The notes beneath the pieces are model-generated. The model had not been told where the DNA came from. It did no database searches and was given only the letters and a program-made list of their open reading frames with translations. The position numbers were made by a program, and so were the translations under genes. A DNA stretch of 63,474 nt, counting the filler, from Octopus bimaculoides (lineage: Eukaryota), in NCBI RefSeq assembly GCF_001194135.2. It is 7 parts of 5 records of this genome, joined end to end, with 100 filler letters (N's around TTAATTAATTAA, not from the genome) between each part and the next. Parts side by side here need not be neighbours in the genome. Positions count along the whole stretch, not along the records: positions 26,007 to 36,622 come from NC_068981.1; positions 36,723 to 39,872 come from NC_068994.1; positions 39,973 to 44,750 come from NC_068986.1; 4 more parts are not named here. One strand, given 5' to 3'. Positions 27,170-40,059 of this stretch are shown in pieces (the first letter of the stretch is position 1; each line of letters opens with the position of its first letter).

Positions 27170-27840
27170 CATATATATATACATAGATATATATATTTAC
27201 AAGCATCACTCACACCTACATTCATGTGTATGAGACTACGTAAGTGTATGCGTTTATACATCTATGTGAAGTTATGTATACGTCTGTGTGGGCAGGGTGT
27301 ATACGTGACTGAAATCACGCGTGCGTGTACACGAAAATATTATTGGTGCATCTGTGTATATGTTGATTTATTTTGAGGATGTACATGTGCAACGAGTGCA
27401 GAAGTATGCGAGTATGTGGCAATTTAAGAGTGAGACGAAACTAATTATTGTTACAATCTAGGAAGAAAACACATGCGGGTATTCGTCCACTGTATCATAT
27501 TTGCCAAGAAAAATGTAGGTTGGAAACGTACTTGAAAACATGACTATGTAGCAGTTAATGGAGAAAAACCTGTGCTATACCGGATGTGACTTATCATGAG
27601 AAAGAGAGGAACATATAGGCGAATAGTTGAAACTGATAACAAAACGAAAATACGAGAGATGCCTGAGTGTTTACCTGACAAAGGACGGGTAAGTTTGGTC
27701 GTATACTTTTGCAACTATGGATAGTATTAAATATTTGGTATACGTAGAATAACCATTATTTAACTTTTATCAAATTGTTTTTTGGAGCTTATACAAAATA
27801 TTGAAATGAATACTAATTTTCGAGAGAAAATTAACTGCAT

Positions 27841-27915
27841 AGGCACAGGTGTGAATGTGTTGCGAGAAGCTTGCTTCCCCTTCGCATGGGCCCAGGTTCA
27901 GTGACCCCGGGCATT
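27841..27915 (+). mobile_element. SINE family B tRNA-like head fragment
   Basis: AGGCACAGGTGTG..AGAAGCTTGCTTCC..CCCAGGTTCAG matches the heads at 50283 and 60268. Confidence 0.6.
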
Positions 27916-28469
27916 CTCCTATGCATATATATATTATTTATATTATTATATGATTGAACGCAACGCATCCTCTTCCAAGAAAGCTTTATTTTAATAATTC
28001 TAATGCACATTCTACTATCTTTTTACTCTTTCGTTTTTCTCTCCGTTATTCTTTTACTTCATCTTCTCCCATTATTCTATTCTATTACTCTTTCGTTTTT
28101 TCTCTCCTCCTTTCTCTTATTCTTCTACCCCCCTTCTCCCTCTCCTGTTTTTTTCTCACTTATCCTATCTCCAATTTTTTTCTCTTCCCTTCACAGCTCT
28201 CAGCCATTCTCTCTCCATCACTCTTCCTTCTTTGCTCACGTGGTTCTCACGTGGCCATCGGCCATCTCTCTTCTAACTTGTGTTTCTTTCTTTCTCTCCG
28301 TTGTAGCTGGAACAAGGAAGACGTGTTCTTGTCTGTCTCCTGTCCAAGCTTGATTTACGCGTTCGCCACCACAACCTTGTTTAGGCTTAGCCGCCCTTCC
28401 TGTTTGTTTTCACTGTCCTGTTTGTGTTACCAATTTTGACCTTCCACAAAATCCCAAATTTCATTTAAT

Positions 28470-28691
28470 TTGCTTTGCGGGAGCAACTGTTTTATCGAAA
28501 ACGTATCTTGTTGTTAAATGCTTGAAATACGAGAGTAGACAAACAGCCAAAAACTGATGAAAGGTCGTTCTTTGTGTTGTTTGTCTTGTTTTCCGTTTGT
28601 GACTTTCGTTGTTCGAAAAAAATAGTTCATATTCCATACACTCGTACTTCGTACTTCTTGTACACGTTTCGTGACGTCCTGTGCCCACATA

Positions 28692-28696
<5 letters not shown>
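28470..28696 (+). mobile_element. Penelope-type pseudo-LTR-like relic (same family as 4265-4620)
   Basis: GAAAC at 28497, CTGATGA at 28554; ends GTCCTGTGCCCACATATGCAT followed by (TA)n. Confidence 0.45.
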
Positions 28697-28740
<44 letters not shown>

Positions 28741-28889
28741 GTATGGATGTAGGTATGTCCATATACGTATGTATATATTCACATAGATATTCTTTATATT
28801 ATTATGTATATGTGTATGTATATATATATATATATAAATGTATGTATGTATATACATATATACATATAGATGTGTATGTATGTGTGTGT

Positions 28890-29112
28890 GTGTTTGTGTG
28901 CATGTGTGTCTGCGGTTATCCTCCAACATCGCTTAACTAGTGGTGATGATGTGTTTACTTTCCTGTGATCTAGCATTTCGACAAAAGAAACCGATTGAAT
29001 AAGTACTAGGCTTAGAAAAATCATACTGGTGTCGATTCATTCGACTAAGAATTCTTCGAGGCAGTGCTCCAGCATGGTCGCATTCTAATGACAAAAAGTA
29101 CTAAAAATAAAA
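28890..29112 (+). mobile_element. SINE family B, 3' half
   Basis: CCAACATCGCTT..GAATAAGTACTAGGCTT..GTGCTCCAGCATGG..A-rich tail. Confidence 0.85.
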
Positions 29113-29379
29113 GATCACCTTAAAATCAAGTAAAAGAAAATTCTCGTTTGTATACCTCTTCCCTTAACAGTCCTATCAGTTACTCTTTCTCCACCGCCTC
29201 TACCTCCTCTGCTTCCTCCCCCTTTCCTTTCTATGATTCTTTCTCATTCACTGTATGTCTGTATGTAGCGTTTCTTTCCTCACAGAACGTCACGAAGCAT
29301 ACTCTGGGTATCCATCCTGCAGCTCTTATGTTAACTCTATGCACCTCACTTTTATGCGATGTGAAGTGTGACTGGAAGA

Positions 29380-30240
29380 ATTAACCATCCAACCAACCAA
29401 ACAACTAACCAACCAACCAGCCAACAACCAACCAACCAACCAACCAACCAACCAACTAACCAACCAACCAACCAACCAACCAACAATCAATTAACCAACC
29501 AACCAACCAGCCAACCAGCAAACCAACCAACAACCAACNNNNNNNNNNNNNNNNNNNNNNNNNNNNNNNNNNNNNNNNNNNNNNNNNNNNNNNNNNNNNN
29601 NNNNNNNNNNNNNNNNNNNNNNNNNNNNNNNNNNNNNNNNNNNNNNNNNNNNNNNNNNNNNNNNNNNNNNNNNNNNNNNNNNNNNNNNNNNNNNNNNNNN
29701 NNNNNNNNNNNNNNNNNNNNNNNNNNNNNNNNNNNNNNNNNNNNNNNNNNNNNNNNNNNNNNNNNNNNNNNNNNNNNNGCCAACCAACCAACCAATCTAC
29801 TAATCAACCAATCGACCAACCAACCAACAAACCAGCCAACAACCAACCAACCAACTAACCAACCAGACAACAACCAACCAGACAACAACCAACCAACCAA
29901 CCAACCAACTAACCAACCAACCAGCCAACCAACAATCAATTAACCAACCAACCAACCAACCAACCAGCCAACCAACCAACCAGCCAACCAACCAATCAAC
30001 CAATCAACCAACCAATCTACTAATCAACCAACCAAATAGCCAACCAACAAACCAGCCAACATTCATTCAACCGACTAACCAACAAACCAGACAATCAACA
30101 AACCAACCATCAACCAACCAACCAACCGACCAAACAAACAAACAAACAAACAAAACAATCAACCATCCAACCCACCAGCCAACCAATCAACCAATCAACC
30201 AATCAACCAACCAACCAGCCAACCAACCAACCAGCCAACG
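29380..30240. repeat. Degenerate (AACC)n satellite with higher-order duplication
   Basis: ACAATCAATTAACC and CCAATCTACTAATCAACC each occur twice. Confidence 0.95.
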
Positions 30241-30420
30241 AACCTTTACATCAGCTATTATTGTATAGAGATACATTCCCCATACGTATATGTATATATT
30301 TTAGAAACAATATACATATGTTTATAAGTGTCTCTGTATTGTTCTCCCCCTCCCCATCTCTCTGTGTGTCTTACATTTCTACTTATCTTTCAGCCACTCT
30401 ACAACTCTTTATTTACTGGC

Positions 30421-30845
30421 CATTTCGTCTGTTTTCACCTTCTGAGTTCAGTTTCCGCCAAGATAGACTTTGCCTTTCATCCTTTCGGGGTCGATAAATG
30501 AAGTACCAGTTGAGAACTGGGGTCGATGTAATCGACTATCTCCTTGCCCCCAATTTAAGACCTTGTGCTTATAGTAGAAATGATCATTATTATAGTTGTT
30601 GTTGTTAGCAAAGCAGCGAGCTGACCAGACCGTTAGCACGCCGGACAAAATGTTAAGCGGCATTTCGTCCGTCTGTTCGTTCTGAGTTCAAATTCTGCCG
30701 AGGTCGACTTACCTTTCATCCTTTCAGGATCCATAAAATAAGTCAGAGCGAAGTAATACTGTGGTCGATGTAATCGACATGTCGCTTGCACCAAGACTGC
30801 AGGTCTTGTGCCAAAATTTGACATCATTATTATTATTACTATTAA
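30421..30845 (+). mobile_element. Two tandem SINE family A copies (30421-30593 truncated; 30611-30845 full length)
   Basis: The core GCCTTTCATCCTTTC..GATAAA..AAGT occurs twice, with two different tail variants, each ending in (ATT)n. Confidence 0.88.
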
Positions 30846-31062
30846 CATTCGGATAATGATAACGAACAAGTGAACAAGTGTTTCTATATTTATATGTGCA
30901 TAATTTTTGGTCTTTCAGTTAATAGTTTTGTGTGTATTATGTGAATAGTGTTATGTGTCAGGCATGCTGGAATGAGAGAATGAGCGAGAAAGCGGCTCAG
31001 AGATTGTGTGTTGCAATAAGTGTCCCTATCTATTAATGCATACATGTATGCATGTATGCGTA

Positions 31063-31141
<79 letters not shown>

Positions 31142-31464
31142 ATATCTCTCTCTATATATATATGAATATATATATTTTATNNNNNNNNNNNNNNNNNNNN
31201 NNNNNNNNNNNNNNNNNNNNNNNNNNNNNNNNNNNNNNNNNNNNNNNNNNNNNNNNNNNNNNNNNNNNNNNNNNNNNNNNNNNNNNNNNNNNNNNNNNNN
31301 NNNNNNNNNNNNNNNNNNNNNNNNNNNNNNNNNNNNNNNNNNNNNNNNNNNNNNNNNNNNNNNNNNNNNNNNNNNNNNNNNNNNNNNNNNNNNNNNNNNN
31401 NNNNNNNNNNNNNNNNNNNNNNNNNNNNNNNNNNNNNNNNNNNNNNNNNNNNNNNNNNNNNNNN

Positions 31465-31510
<46 letters not shown>

Positions 31511-32277
31511 CATATATATAAATATATATATCATATATATATAAATATGAATATATATATACGCACGCACAAATTTGCATGTATACACGCAAATATATAT
31601 GCATTTGTGCGTAACGTGTATGTGTGCGAGTGTGTGTGTGTCTGTGTGTTTGCGTGTATAGAAATATATGCTATAGTCTAACCGTTAATGGTATAAAAAA
31701 AAAGAGCCCATTTTACAAATTGCAGTGGTTATAATTGAGTGTGTATATCCGTTAGATGATGAACCATAATTGGCGAAGTTTGCCCATAACGGAAGTTGGA
31801 GATTGATAGTGGGCGAAATTTAGAGGTAGGGCAACCGAAATACGAAAAGATCGAGAGAGAGAAGGGAAGGTGGAAATGCGTAGAGGTGAAAGTAATTTAT
31901 TTATAAACTGGTCTTTATTTTTACTAATAGTAAAAGAGAAAGAAATATATTAAGGAAATAAAAATTCAAAACATTGAATTTATATGTGTATACAATACAG
32001 TATATGCATATATATATGCATGTACATATGCATATACATATACATATAAATATACATATACATGCGTATATACATACATACATACCTACATACGTACACA
32101 CACATATATATAAATACACGCATATCTATATATATATATGCACATATATACATACATATATAATATATATAAATATATATGTATATACATATATATGTAT
32201 ATACATATATATGTATATACATATATATGTATATACATATATATGTATATACATATATTTTATATATACACATATAT

Positions 32278-32587
32278 ACTTTTACTTGTTTCAGTCATTT
32301 GACCGTGGCCATGCTAGAGCATCGCCTTTATTCGAACAAATGAACCCCAGGACTTATTCTTTGTAAGCCTAGTACTTATTCTATAGGTTTCTTTTGCCGA
32401 ACCACAAAGTTACGAGAACGTAAACACACCAGCATCGGTTGTCAAGCGATGTTAGGGGACAAACACAGACACACACACGAAATCCACTCACAAGGCTTTG
32501 GTCAGCTCGAGGCTATAGTAGAAGACACATTCCCAAGGTGCCACTGAACCGTAACCATATATATATATATAGCCACTCTTGCGCCTA
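32278..32587 (-). mobile_element. SINE family B, near full length, internal microsatellite largely deleted
   Basis: Tail CTTGTTTCAGTCATTTG through to head AGCCACTCTTGCGCCT. Confidence 0.9.
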
Positions 32588-33629
32588 TATATNNNNNNNN
32601 NNNNNNNNNNNNNNNNNNNNNNNNNNNNNNNNNNNNNNNNNNNNNNNNNNNNNNNNNNNNNNNNNNNNNNNNNNNNNNNNNNNNNNNNNNNNNNNNNNNN
32701 NNNNNNNNNNNNNNNNNNNNNNNNNNNNNNNNNNNNNNNNNNNNNNNNNNNNNNNNNNNNNNNNNNNNNNNNNNNNNNNNNNNNNNNNNNNNNNNNNNNN
32801 NNNNNNNNNNNNNNNNNNNNNNNNNNNNNNNNNNNNNNNNNNNNNNNNNNNNNNNNNNNNNNNNNNNNNNNNNNNNNNNNNNNNNNNNNNNNNNNNNNNN
32901 NNNNNNNNNNNNNNNNNNNNNNNNNNNNNNNNNNNNNNNNNNNNNNNNNNNNNNNNNNNNNNNNNNNNNNNNNNNNNNNNNNNNNNNNNNNNNNNNNNNN
33001 NNNNNNNNNNNNNNNNNNNNNNNNNNNNNNNNNNNNNNNNNNNNNNNNNNNNNNNNNNNNNNNNNNNNNNNNNNNNNNNNNNNNNNNNNNNNNNNNNNNN
33101 NNNNNNNNNNNNNNNNNNNNNNNNNNNNNNNNNNNNNNNNNNNNNNNNNNNNNNNNNNNNNNNNNNNNNNNNNNNNNNNNNNNNNNNNNNNNNNNNNNNN
33201 NNNNNNNNNNNNNNNNNNNNNNNNNNNNNNNNNNNNNNNNNNNNNNNNNNNNNNNNNNNNNNNNNNNNNNNNNNNNNNNNNNNNNNNNNNNNNNNNNNNN
33301 NNNNNNNNNNNNNNNNNNNNNNNNNNNNNNNNNNNNNNNNNNNNNNNNNNNNNNNNNNNNNNNNNNNNNNNNNNNNNNNNNNNNNNNNNNNNNNNNNNNN
33401 NNNNNNNNNNNNNNNNNNNNNNNNNNNNNNNNNNNNNNNNNNNNNNNNNNNATATATATATATACATATATATGTATGTATATATACATATATATATGCG
33501 CATATATATATATATATATACATATACATGTGTGTATATATATATATATATGTACATATATGTGCAAATATGTATTATATATGTGTATATATATATAATA
33601 TATTGTATTGTATAATAAATATATATATA

Positions 33630-33680
<51 letters not shown>

Positions 33681-34809
33681 CCATACGTATATTCATATAA
33701 AATGTCTCAAAAACTGTAAATCTATGAAGTTGTCAAAGTCGTAAAATAATGTAAAATACTGAAAATAAACAAATTGTTAGCATGAAAATATAATCAAAAT
33801 CTTCTTTGGAAAATATTTTCTTTAGAGTTTTTACAGCGGAAATGATGGATTCTGGTGTTGCTTTTCATTGAATGAAGAAATATGTATGTCTTTGCAATAC
33901 TGAACGGAAGAAGTTGGGAAGCAAAAGAGAGTGGTGTAGATGTATGTACTTAAGGTGGAAGAAATAAAGAAAGACAGAAAGAAAAATAAGAAAGAAAGAG
34001 AAAAGATGGAAGGCAAGAGTTAGTATGTCGTTAGTTTACATGAAACAAGTGTCAGAGAAAACCAATACTCGTGAAATGAGGAGTGCGTAAAATAGTCAAA
34101 ACTCCCACACCCTTATATTTTGACAACTTTGCAAATCGTATTATTAGGTCGTATATATATTTATTTGCTTACTTATTTATTTATTGTACTTTTTTGTTAC
34201 TTGTTTAATCGTTGTATTTTTGTTTTTAAATGAATTTTGCAGATTATTCTGTCGCAGGATATTAATTTGAAAATCTATCACCGTGCGAGAACCTGTCAGA
34301 GACATTCTACATTTAACAGCCAAACGTTATGTGCAGCATTGCTATTTTTGACCCGCAGATGATAGATCTTAACTTGTTCGACCTCACGCATTGATAACAC
34401 GTAAAGATTGTATGATTTTTTTTCCCGTTGTCAACAGCCAAGTTTGATTAAATTCTACCAATTGGAATGATTACTACACACACTCACTAGAAATAGAAAC
34501 TTATTGATACTTCGACACAATTGAGCAGACTTATGATGAACGGGATTCTTGAATGACCATCCTGCCTTATTTTCAGGACTTCATTACCTAATGTATTCAG
34601 TCCGTGTGTTTCCGCTGTTAAAAACAATAGGGGATACTTTAAAAGACAATTCTTAATTATTTCTTGGAGGTCGAGCGACTGTGTAGCAGTTCCGTTAAAG
34701 GTTTAGAAAAGTTTAAAGCATATATTCCATCCTCTCTCATCTTTCATAAATTCAGTTCAGAATTTAGACTATGTTCGTCATTACTGTTGTATCAACGTAG
34801 AAGATCATA

Positions 34810-35829
34810 TAAAGTGTTGTATTACTCTTGAATAATGTCCTGATGTCATATTGGCTGCAAATCTTTTGTATCTTTTCGTAGAGGCCTTTCACATAGGGTA
34901 GACAGACTGCGGACAGTTTATTGGTTTCATCCCTTCTTTTATTCATAATTGGAGTGGATAATATGTTTTTGGGGTAGTTGTTGCTTAATAGATTGTTATT
35001 GAGCTTGATAATTTCTTCCTGATGGGTATCATGATCGCTACTTATATTCTTTGCTCGATGTTTTAGGCACTGAGTAAACTGTATGGAAGGTGGGAATTGA
35101 AATTGATGTATCGCCCAGTGAAGGTCGGCTTGCGGTATACGGATGTCCTGAATCCATATTTGGTGCGTGTTATTAATGCGTCCAGGAACGCTAGCTGATT
35201 GTCTTTTTCCTTTTCCATTGTGAACTGTATGGATAGCTTTATTGAGTTCACATGATCTAACAGCACCTGGACATCTTCCTGGTGAGAAGCCAAAGTATAA
35301 AGGTGTCATCAACATATCGCAGCCATAGGGTTGGTTTTAATGGTGCTGATCCTAAAGCCAAATTCTCAAAGGATTCCATGCATATAATGGCTATTATCGG
35401 TGATAATGGCGAACCTATAGCGAAACCCTCCACTGTCGATATATATCAGTGTCCATACTGAAGTAGGTAGTTTCTACAAAGAAGGTCAACATTTCCATCA
35501 AGTTTCTTATTGGTATACTATTGCATTCTTTTTGATGGGTGTCTGTCACTGGTTTTTCTTGAACCACCGATAGCTCTTCACCAGTTGGAACTCTGGTGAA
35601 CAGACTTATCACATCTAGACTCACCATCTGGCTGGATTCAATAGGGGTATCCTTGATCAATTCTGTGAAGTGAGCGGAATTCTTCACGTACGATGTTGAA
35701 TTTCCTGCTAATGGATTGATTATATCCACAAGGAAGCGGCTCAGTGGAAGACATGCTGAACCTCTACAGCTCACTATAGGTCTCAATGGAATACCATCCT
35801 TATGAATGTTAGGGAGACCGTACATCAGC
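34810..35829 (-). mobile_element. Decayed Penelope-like element reverse transcriptase
   Basis: YGLPNIHKDGIPLRPIVS, SLDVISLFTRVP, GSPLSP, WLRYVDDTF, IQFTMEKEKDNQLAFLD, VYRKPTFTGRYINFNSH, LPYVKGL are PLE RT/thumb motifs, with frameshifts. Confidence 0.9.
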
Positions 35830-35935
35830 CGAAATGTTGTGTTAACAACAAGCAAGATGAGGACAAATATCCGTCAAATGTAAATAATGTAAATAATGTA
35901 CATAATTCCTCATCTCTTAAATATAGAACTGTAGA
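35826..35935 (+). mobile_element. Opposite-strand pseudo-LTR-like segment abutting the Penelope RT
   Basis: CAGCCGAAATGTTGTGTTAACAAC.. begins exactly where the RT similarity stops. Confidence 0.4.
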
Positions 35936-36291
35936 CGCTCCCTGAACAAACATATGAAGCTAAAGCCGAAATTCATGAAGAGACAGGAATACACCCTTTA
36001 CGCATCAGTGAGAGAAAATTGCTGAATTAATTAATTGATACATATGCATTATGTTTAGATTTATCACATACCAAATTTCATAAGAGATATATGCAAAGAT
36101 TTGTAAATAACTGGCTTATGATCTTCACTGATCAACTCCATTTCAACAAGAAAAAAGTAAAAAAGCTAAGTGATCAATCGTCGCTAGTGTTGTATAGCTT
36201 CAACTAAGCAAGCATATAGGCAATGATTTCAGTAAATACTTGAGTACTTGCCACATTATGTATATATGTATACGTATATATATATTTATAT

Positions 36292-36491
36292 ATATAAAAT
36301 TAAATAAATAACAAAGGAACAGGAAATTATGCAAGGAATTTCATTAGTCTACAGCTGTTACTTCTGTTAGACGCAGTGAATTCAGAGGAAGTCATAAGGT
36401 GATGCACTACATCATATAGCAGAAACAGACGCAAGTTAAGGAACTTCTTTGCATGATTTCCTGTTCCTTTGTCATTTCCTTAATTTCATAT
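36292..36491. repeat. Inverted repeat, ~51-bp arms, 98-bp spacer
   Basis: 36311-36342 versus 36441-36472: 29/32 identical as reverse complements, extending imperfectly to (TA)n at left. Confidence 0.85.
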
Positions 36492-36838
36492 TTTCACGCG
36501 CTGTACTCATCGAACACTTTCGTCTAAAGCACATGTATAGTGAATTCTAAGACCAGATATCGCTACGCCTAAGAAAAATTATATCTATATCTATGTTATA
36601 TCATATATTATGCATATATATANNNNNNNNNNNNNNNNNNNNNNNNNNNNNNNNNNNNNNNNNNNNTTAATTAATTAANNNNNNNNNNNNNNNNNNNNNN
36701 NNNNNNNNNNNNNNNNNNNNNNTTGTGTATGTGTGTTTGGGCATGTGTGTGTGTGTATTTGGGATTGTGTGTGTGTGTGTGTGTGTTTGGAACTGTGGGT
36801 GTGGGTGTGTTTGTGTGTTTGGTGGGGAATGTATTGAT

Positions 36839-36869
<31 letters not shown>

Positions 36870-37163
36870 TTGTGCGGCTCTGCGTGTGTTTGTTTATGAC
36901 TTTATGCTTGTGGGTGTTCTTCCTGAATGAGTGCTTGTCCGTAATTATGCGTATTTCCATGTTTGTCCACTGTATGGTTGCGTGTGCATGTGTGTGCATG
37001 TGTGTGCATGTGTGTGCATGTGTGTGCGTGTGTGTGCGTGTGTATATGCTGGGAGTGCAAGTGAACGTATTGTATGTATATATATTTCTGAATGTATAAT
37101 ATATAAATGCATACACACACATGCATTTATATATCATACATAGAGAAAGATATATACATATAT

Positions 37164-37300
37164 CTAACAGAAATTGTCTAACAGCAATGACTGGGTTCTC
37201 TTGCTTATGTGGCATGGTGCAGAGTCCTGTTGCCAGACATGGGGTCTTCCAGCAGCCGCCATCTTCACCCAGGGTAGCACTACTTCCTCCAAGCACATTA
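37164..37300 (-). mobile_element. maT/mori (DD37D) transposase fragment
   Basis: LEEVVLPWVKMAAAGRPHVWQQDSAPCHISKRTQSLLLDNFC; same family as 37974-39075. Confidence 0.85.
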
Positions 37301-37778
37301 TTATCATCATCATCATCATTATTATTGTCATATATTTCCCTGACAACCGACTGGTGACCTGTATAGGTTACATGAAATAAATTCGAATACAAAAATATTT
37401 TTCTGTTCTATAACACAAAATAGATAAGTATACGAAGTTTGAAAGTCTTTCCGTACTAAAAACACTACGTAAAACATTAATGAAAAATGTGGCCCCCGTT
37501 TTAAAATAGATCCCAAAAATCTAATTTTTTCTACGAATGTAACCATATATAGGAAGTGAAATACGACCAGTGGGTGTATCTATAGGTTTTTAATGTAACA
37601 CATTTAAACTTTATCAATATCCTTTTATGTATCTGTCTGACTGTATATCTATCTTTCTCTCTCTTTCCTTCCCTCTCTCTATCTATCTGTCTGACTGGCT
37701 ACCTACATGGCTACGTACCCACCTACCTACAACCTATCTATCTACCTATGTATAATTATATACATATACATCATATAC

Positions 37779-37816
<38 letters not shown>

Positions 37817-37882
37817 NNNNNNNNNNNNNNNNNNNNNNNNNNNNNNNNNNNNNNNNNNNNNNNNNNNNNNNNNNNCGTGCAT

Positions 37883-37921
<39 letters not shown>

Positions 37922-37973
37922 AGTATGTATGTATGCATGTATATACACGCGCGCGCGCGCATACACACATATA

Positions 37974-39075
37974 CAAGGTGCGATGGGTAAATTGTCACCA
38001 TTTTATATTTTTAATTTCACGCATGCGCATTGATTATTTTTGTTTTTGATTTTTCGACTATAGTTGTGTCTGTTGGGCATCGTCTGTGAGAAAAACAACA
38101 CCATGACGCAATTCAGTCTGCCAGAAATTTGGAAACATGTTGTGTTGATTGGCATTCGCGCCGGAAGCTCCAATACAAACATTTTAGAGCGACAATCTGA
38201 GGACAGTGCAGATGACTCAGAATGAGTTGGATGACTTTAATGGCGATTACGAAAATATGGTAGCTCGAAAAATTGACTCTGATCGTTCTGATAAGAAAAG
38301 AACTCCTGAATTTGTCGGAGAGATCCAGGCCATGATTGACAACGATCCCTCCTAGTCAATCAGATCCATCACCATGAACGTGGGAGTGTCTGAGTTCCTG
38401 ATCAGGCAGGCAGTGCATGAAGACATTCGGTATTCTTCATTCAAGCTGAGAAAGGGGCAATTTTTATCCCAAGTCATCGTGGACAAGAGGAAAGACCGCG
38501 CTACGAAGCCTTTGAACAAACTCAAGCATCCCCTCTAACCAAACATACTTTGGTTTTTCTCAGACGAGGAACATTTCTGCCAGGATCAGATGGTCAATAC
38601 AAAACAGCCGTTGGCTTGCCATGTCCCTAAATCATGTCCCGAGAGGGATAAAAATCAAACATCCAGTCAACATCATATTGTTTGGAGTGATCACTAGTGA
38701 TGGCGACGTTATGCCTTCATTTGTCTTCCCTCAAGGTCTCAGACTCAACACAGAAGCCTACATCAAGTGCTTGGAGGAGATAATACTGCCCTGGTTCAGG
38801 AGGGTGGCTGCTGAAATACCCTGTCTGGCAACATGACTCTGCATCATGCCACACAAGACGATAACCCAGTCATGGCTGTTAGAGAATTTCTGCAAGTACA
38901 TCACCCTTAACATCTGGCCACCGAACTCCCCACACTGCAACCCCCTTGATTATTATGTGAGGGGTGCAGTTGAGTGAGAGACCAACAAAACTCCTTGTAA
39001 CACCAAAGATGAACTGAAAGCAAGAATTATGGCAGCATTCACTAACTTAAACAAGGAGACCGTCCAGAAAAAAAG
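37974..39075 (+). mobile_element. Decayed maT/mori-type (DD37D) Tc1/mariner element, left TIR present, right end missing
   Basis: Starts TA|CAAGGTGCGATGGG. Motifs FSDE, KHPVNIILFGVITSDG, LNTEAYIKCLEE, QHDSA..WPPNSPHCNPLDYY. 37 residues separate the last two Asp once one frameshift is restored. Confidence 0.88.
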
Positions 39076-39192
39076 CTAAAATATAAATACTGGCTAGGCT
39101 TTAAAAGGGCGCATTTATTAATTTTATATTTGTCCCGGGACATAAAAGAACGTAACATAAACAATAACATCAGTGTTTCGACAGGTGTAAAT

Positions 39193-39387
39193 GGCGGCGA
39201 GATGAAAGAATCTTTACTCTGCCGGAGCATTTCTTCCGATCTGAGTTCTTATGCTACTTAAGGACAAGTTTGCCTTTCATCCTTTCGGGGATCAATTAAT
39301 TAAGTACCAGTTGAACACTGGGGTCGAAGTAACGGACGTCCCATTTCCTTCAGGATTGGTTGCACTTTGCCAAAATTTGAAGTCATT
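39193..39387 (+). mobile_element. SINE family A copy, diverged
   Basis: GCCTTTCATCCTTTCGGGG..AAGTACCAGTTGAACACTGGGGTCG..GCCAAAATTTGAA. Confidence 0.85.
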
Positions 39388-39829
39388 TAAATCTGTGTGA
39401 CGATGAACACAGACACACACCATGCATATGTGTATGTGTGTGTGTATATATATATATGTGTGTGAGTGTGCGTGTTTATATGTTCGTATGTATGCATGTA
39501 TCTAAGTATCTTTCTTTAACACACATACAAACGCACACAAATTCATACAAACTTCTATGCACATTCGCACGGACACACGTCCACACGTCCACTCACAGAT
39601 ATAAATATTTAAGTATCGCTACTCACATACTATAAAGATAATTGCATTACTCTTAGTGACACTCAGTAACATTTAGTGACCACTAATAACCTATAGTGAC
39701 CCAAAGTGACCATTGTTATACACTGATGGACAATCGTCTTCATTGTCATTTTCTATGCAAATCTGGTGTCTGCTATTTAATTAATTATTTATTTATTCAA
39801 ACGATTATGCTGATGCTTGTAAGTGTATG

Positions 39830-39872
<43 letters not shown>

Positions 39873-40059
39873 NNNNNNNNNNNNNNNNNNNNNNNNNNNN
39901 NNNNNNNNNNNNNNNNTTAATTAATTAANNNNNNNNNNNNNNNNNNNNNNNNNNNNNNNNNNNNNNNNNNNNTGTGTGTGTGTGTGTGTGTCTGTGTGTG
40001 CGTGTGTGTGTGTGTATACATACACACATATACTTAAGACTTAATTGTGATCCGCTTCT

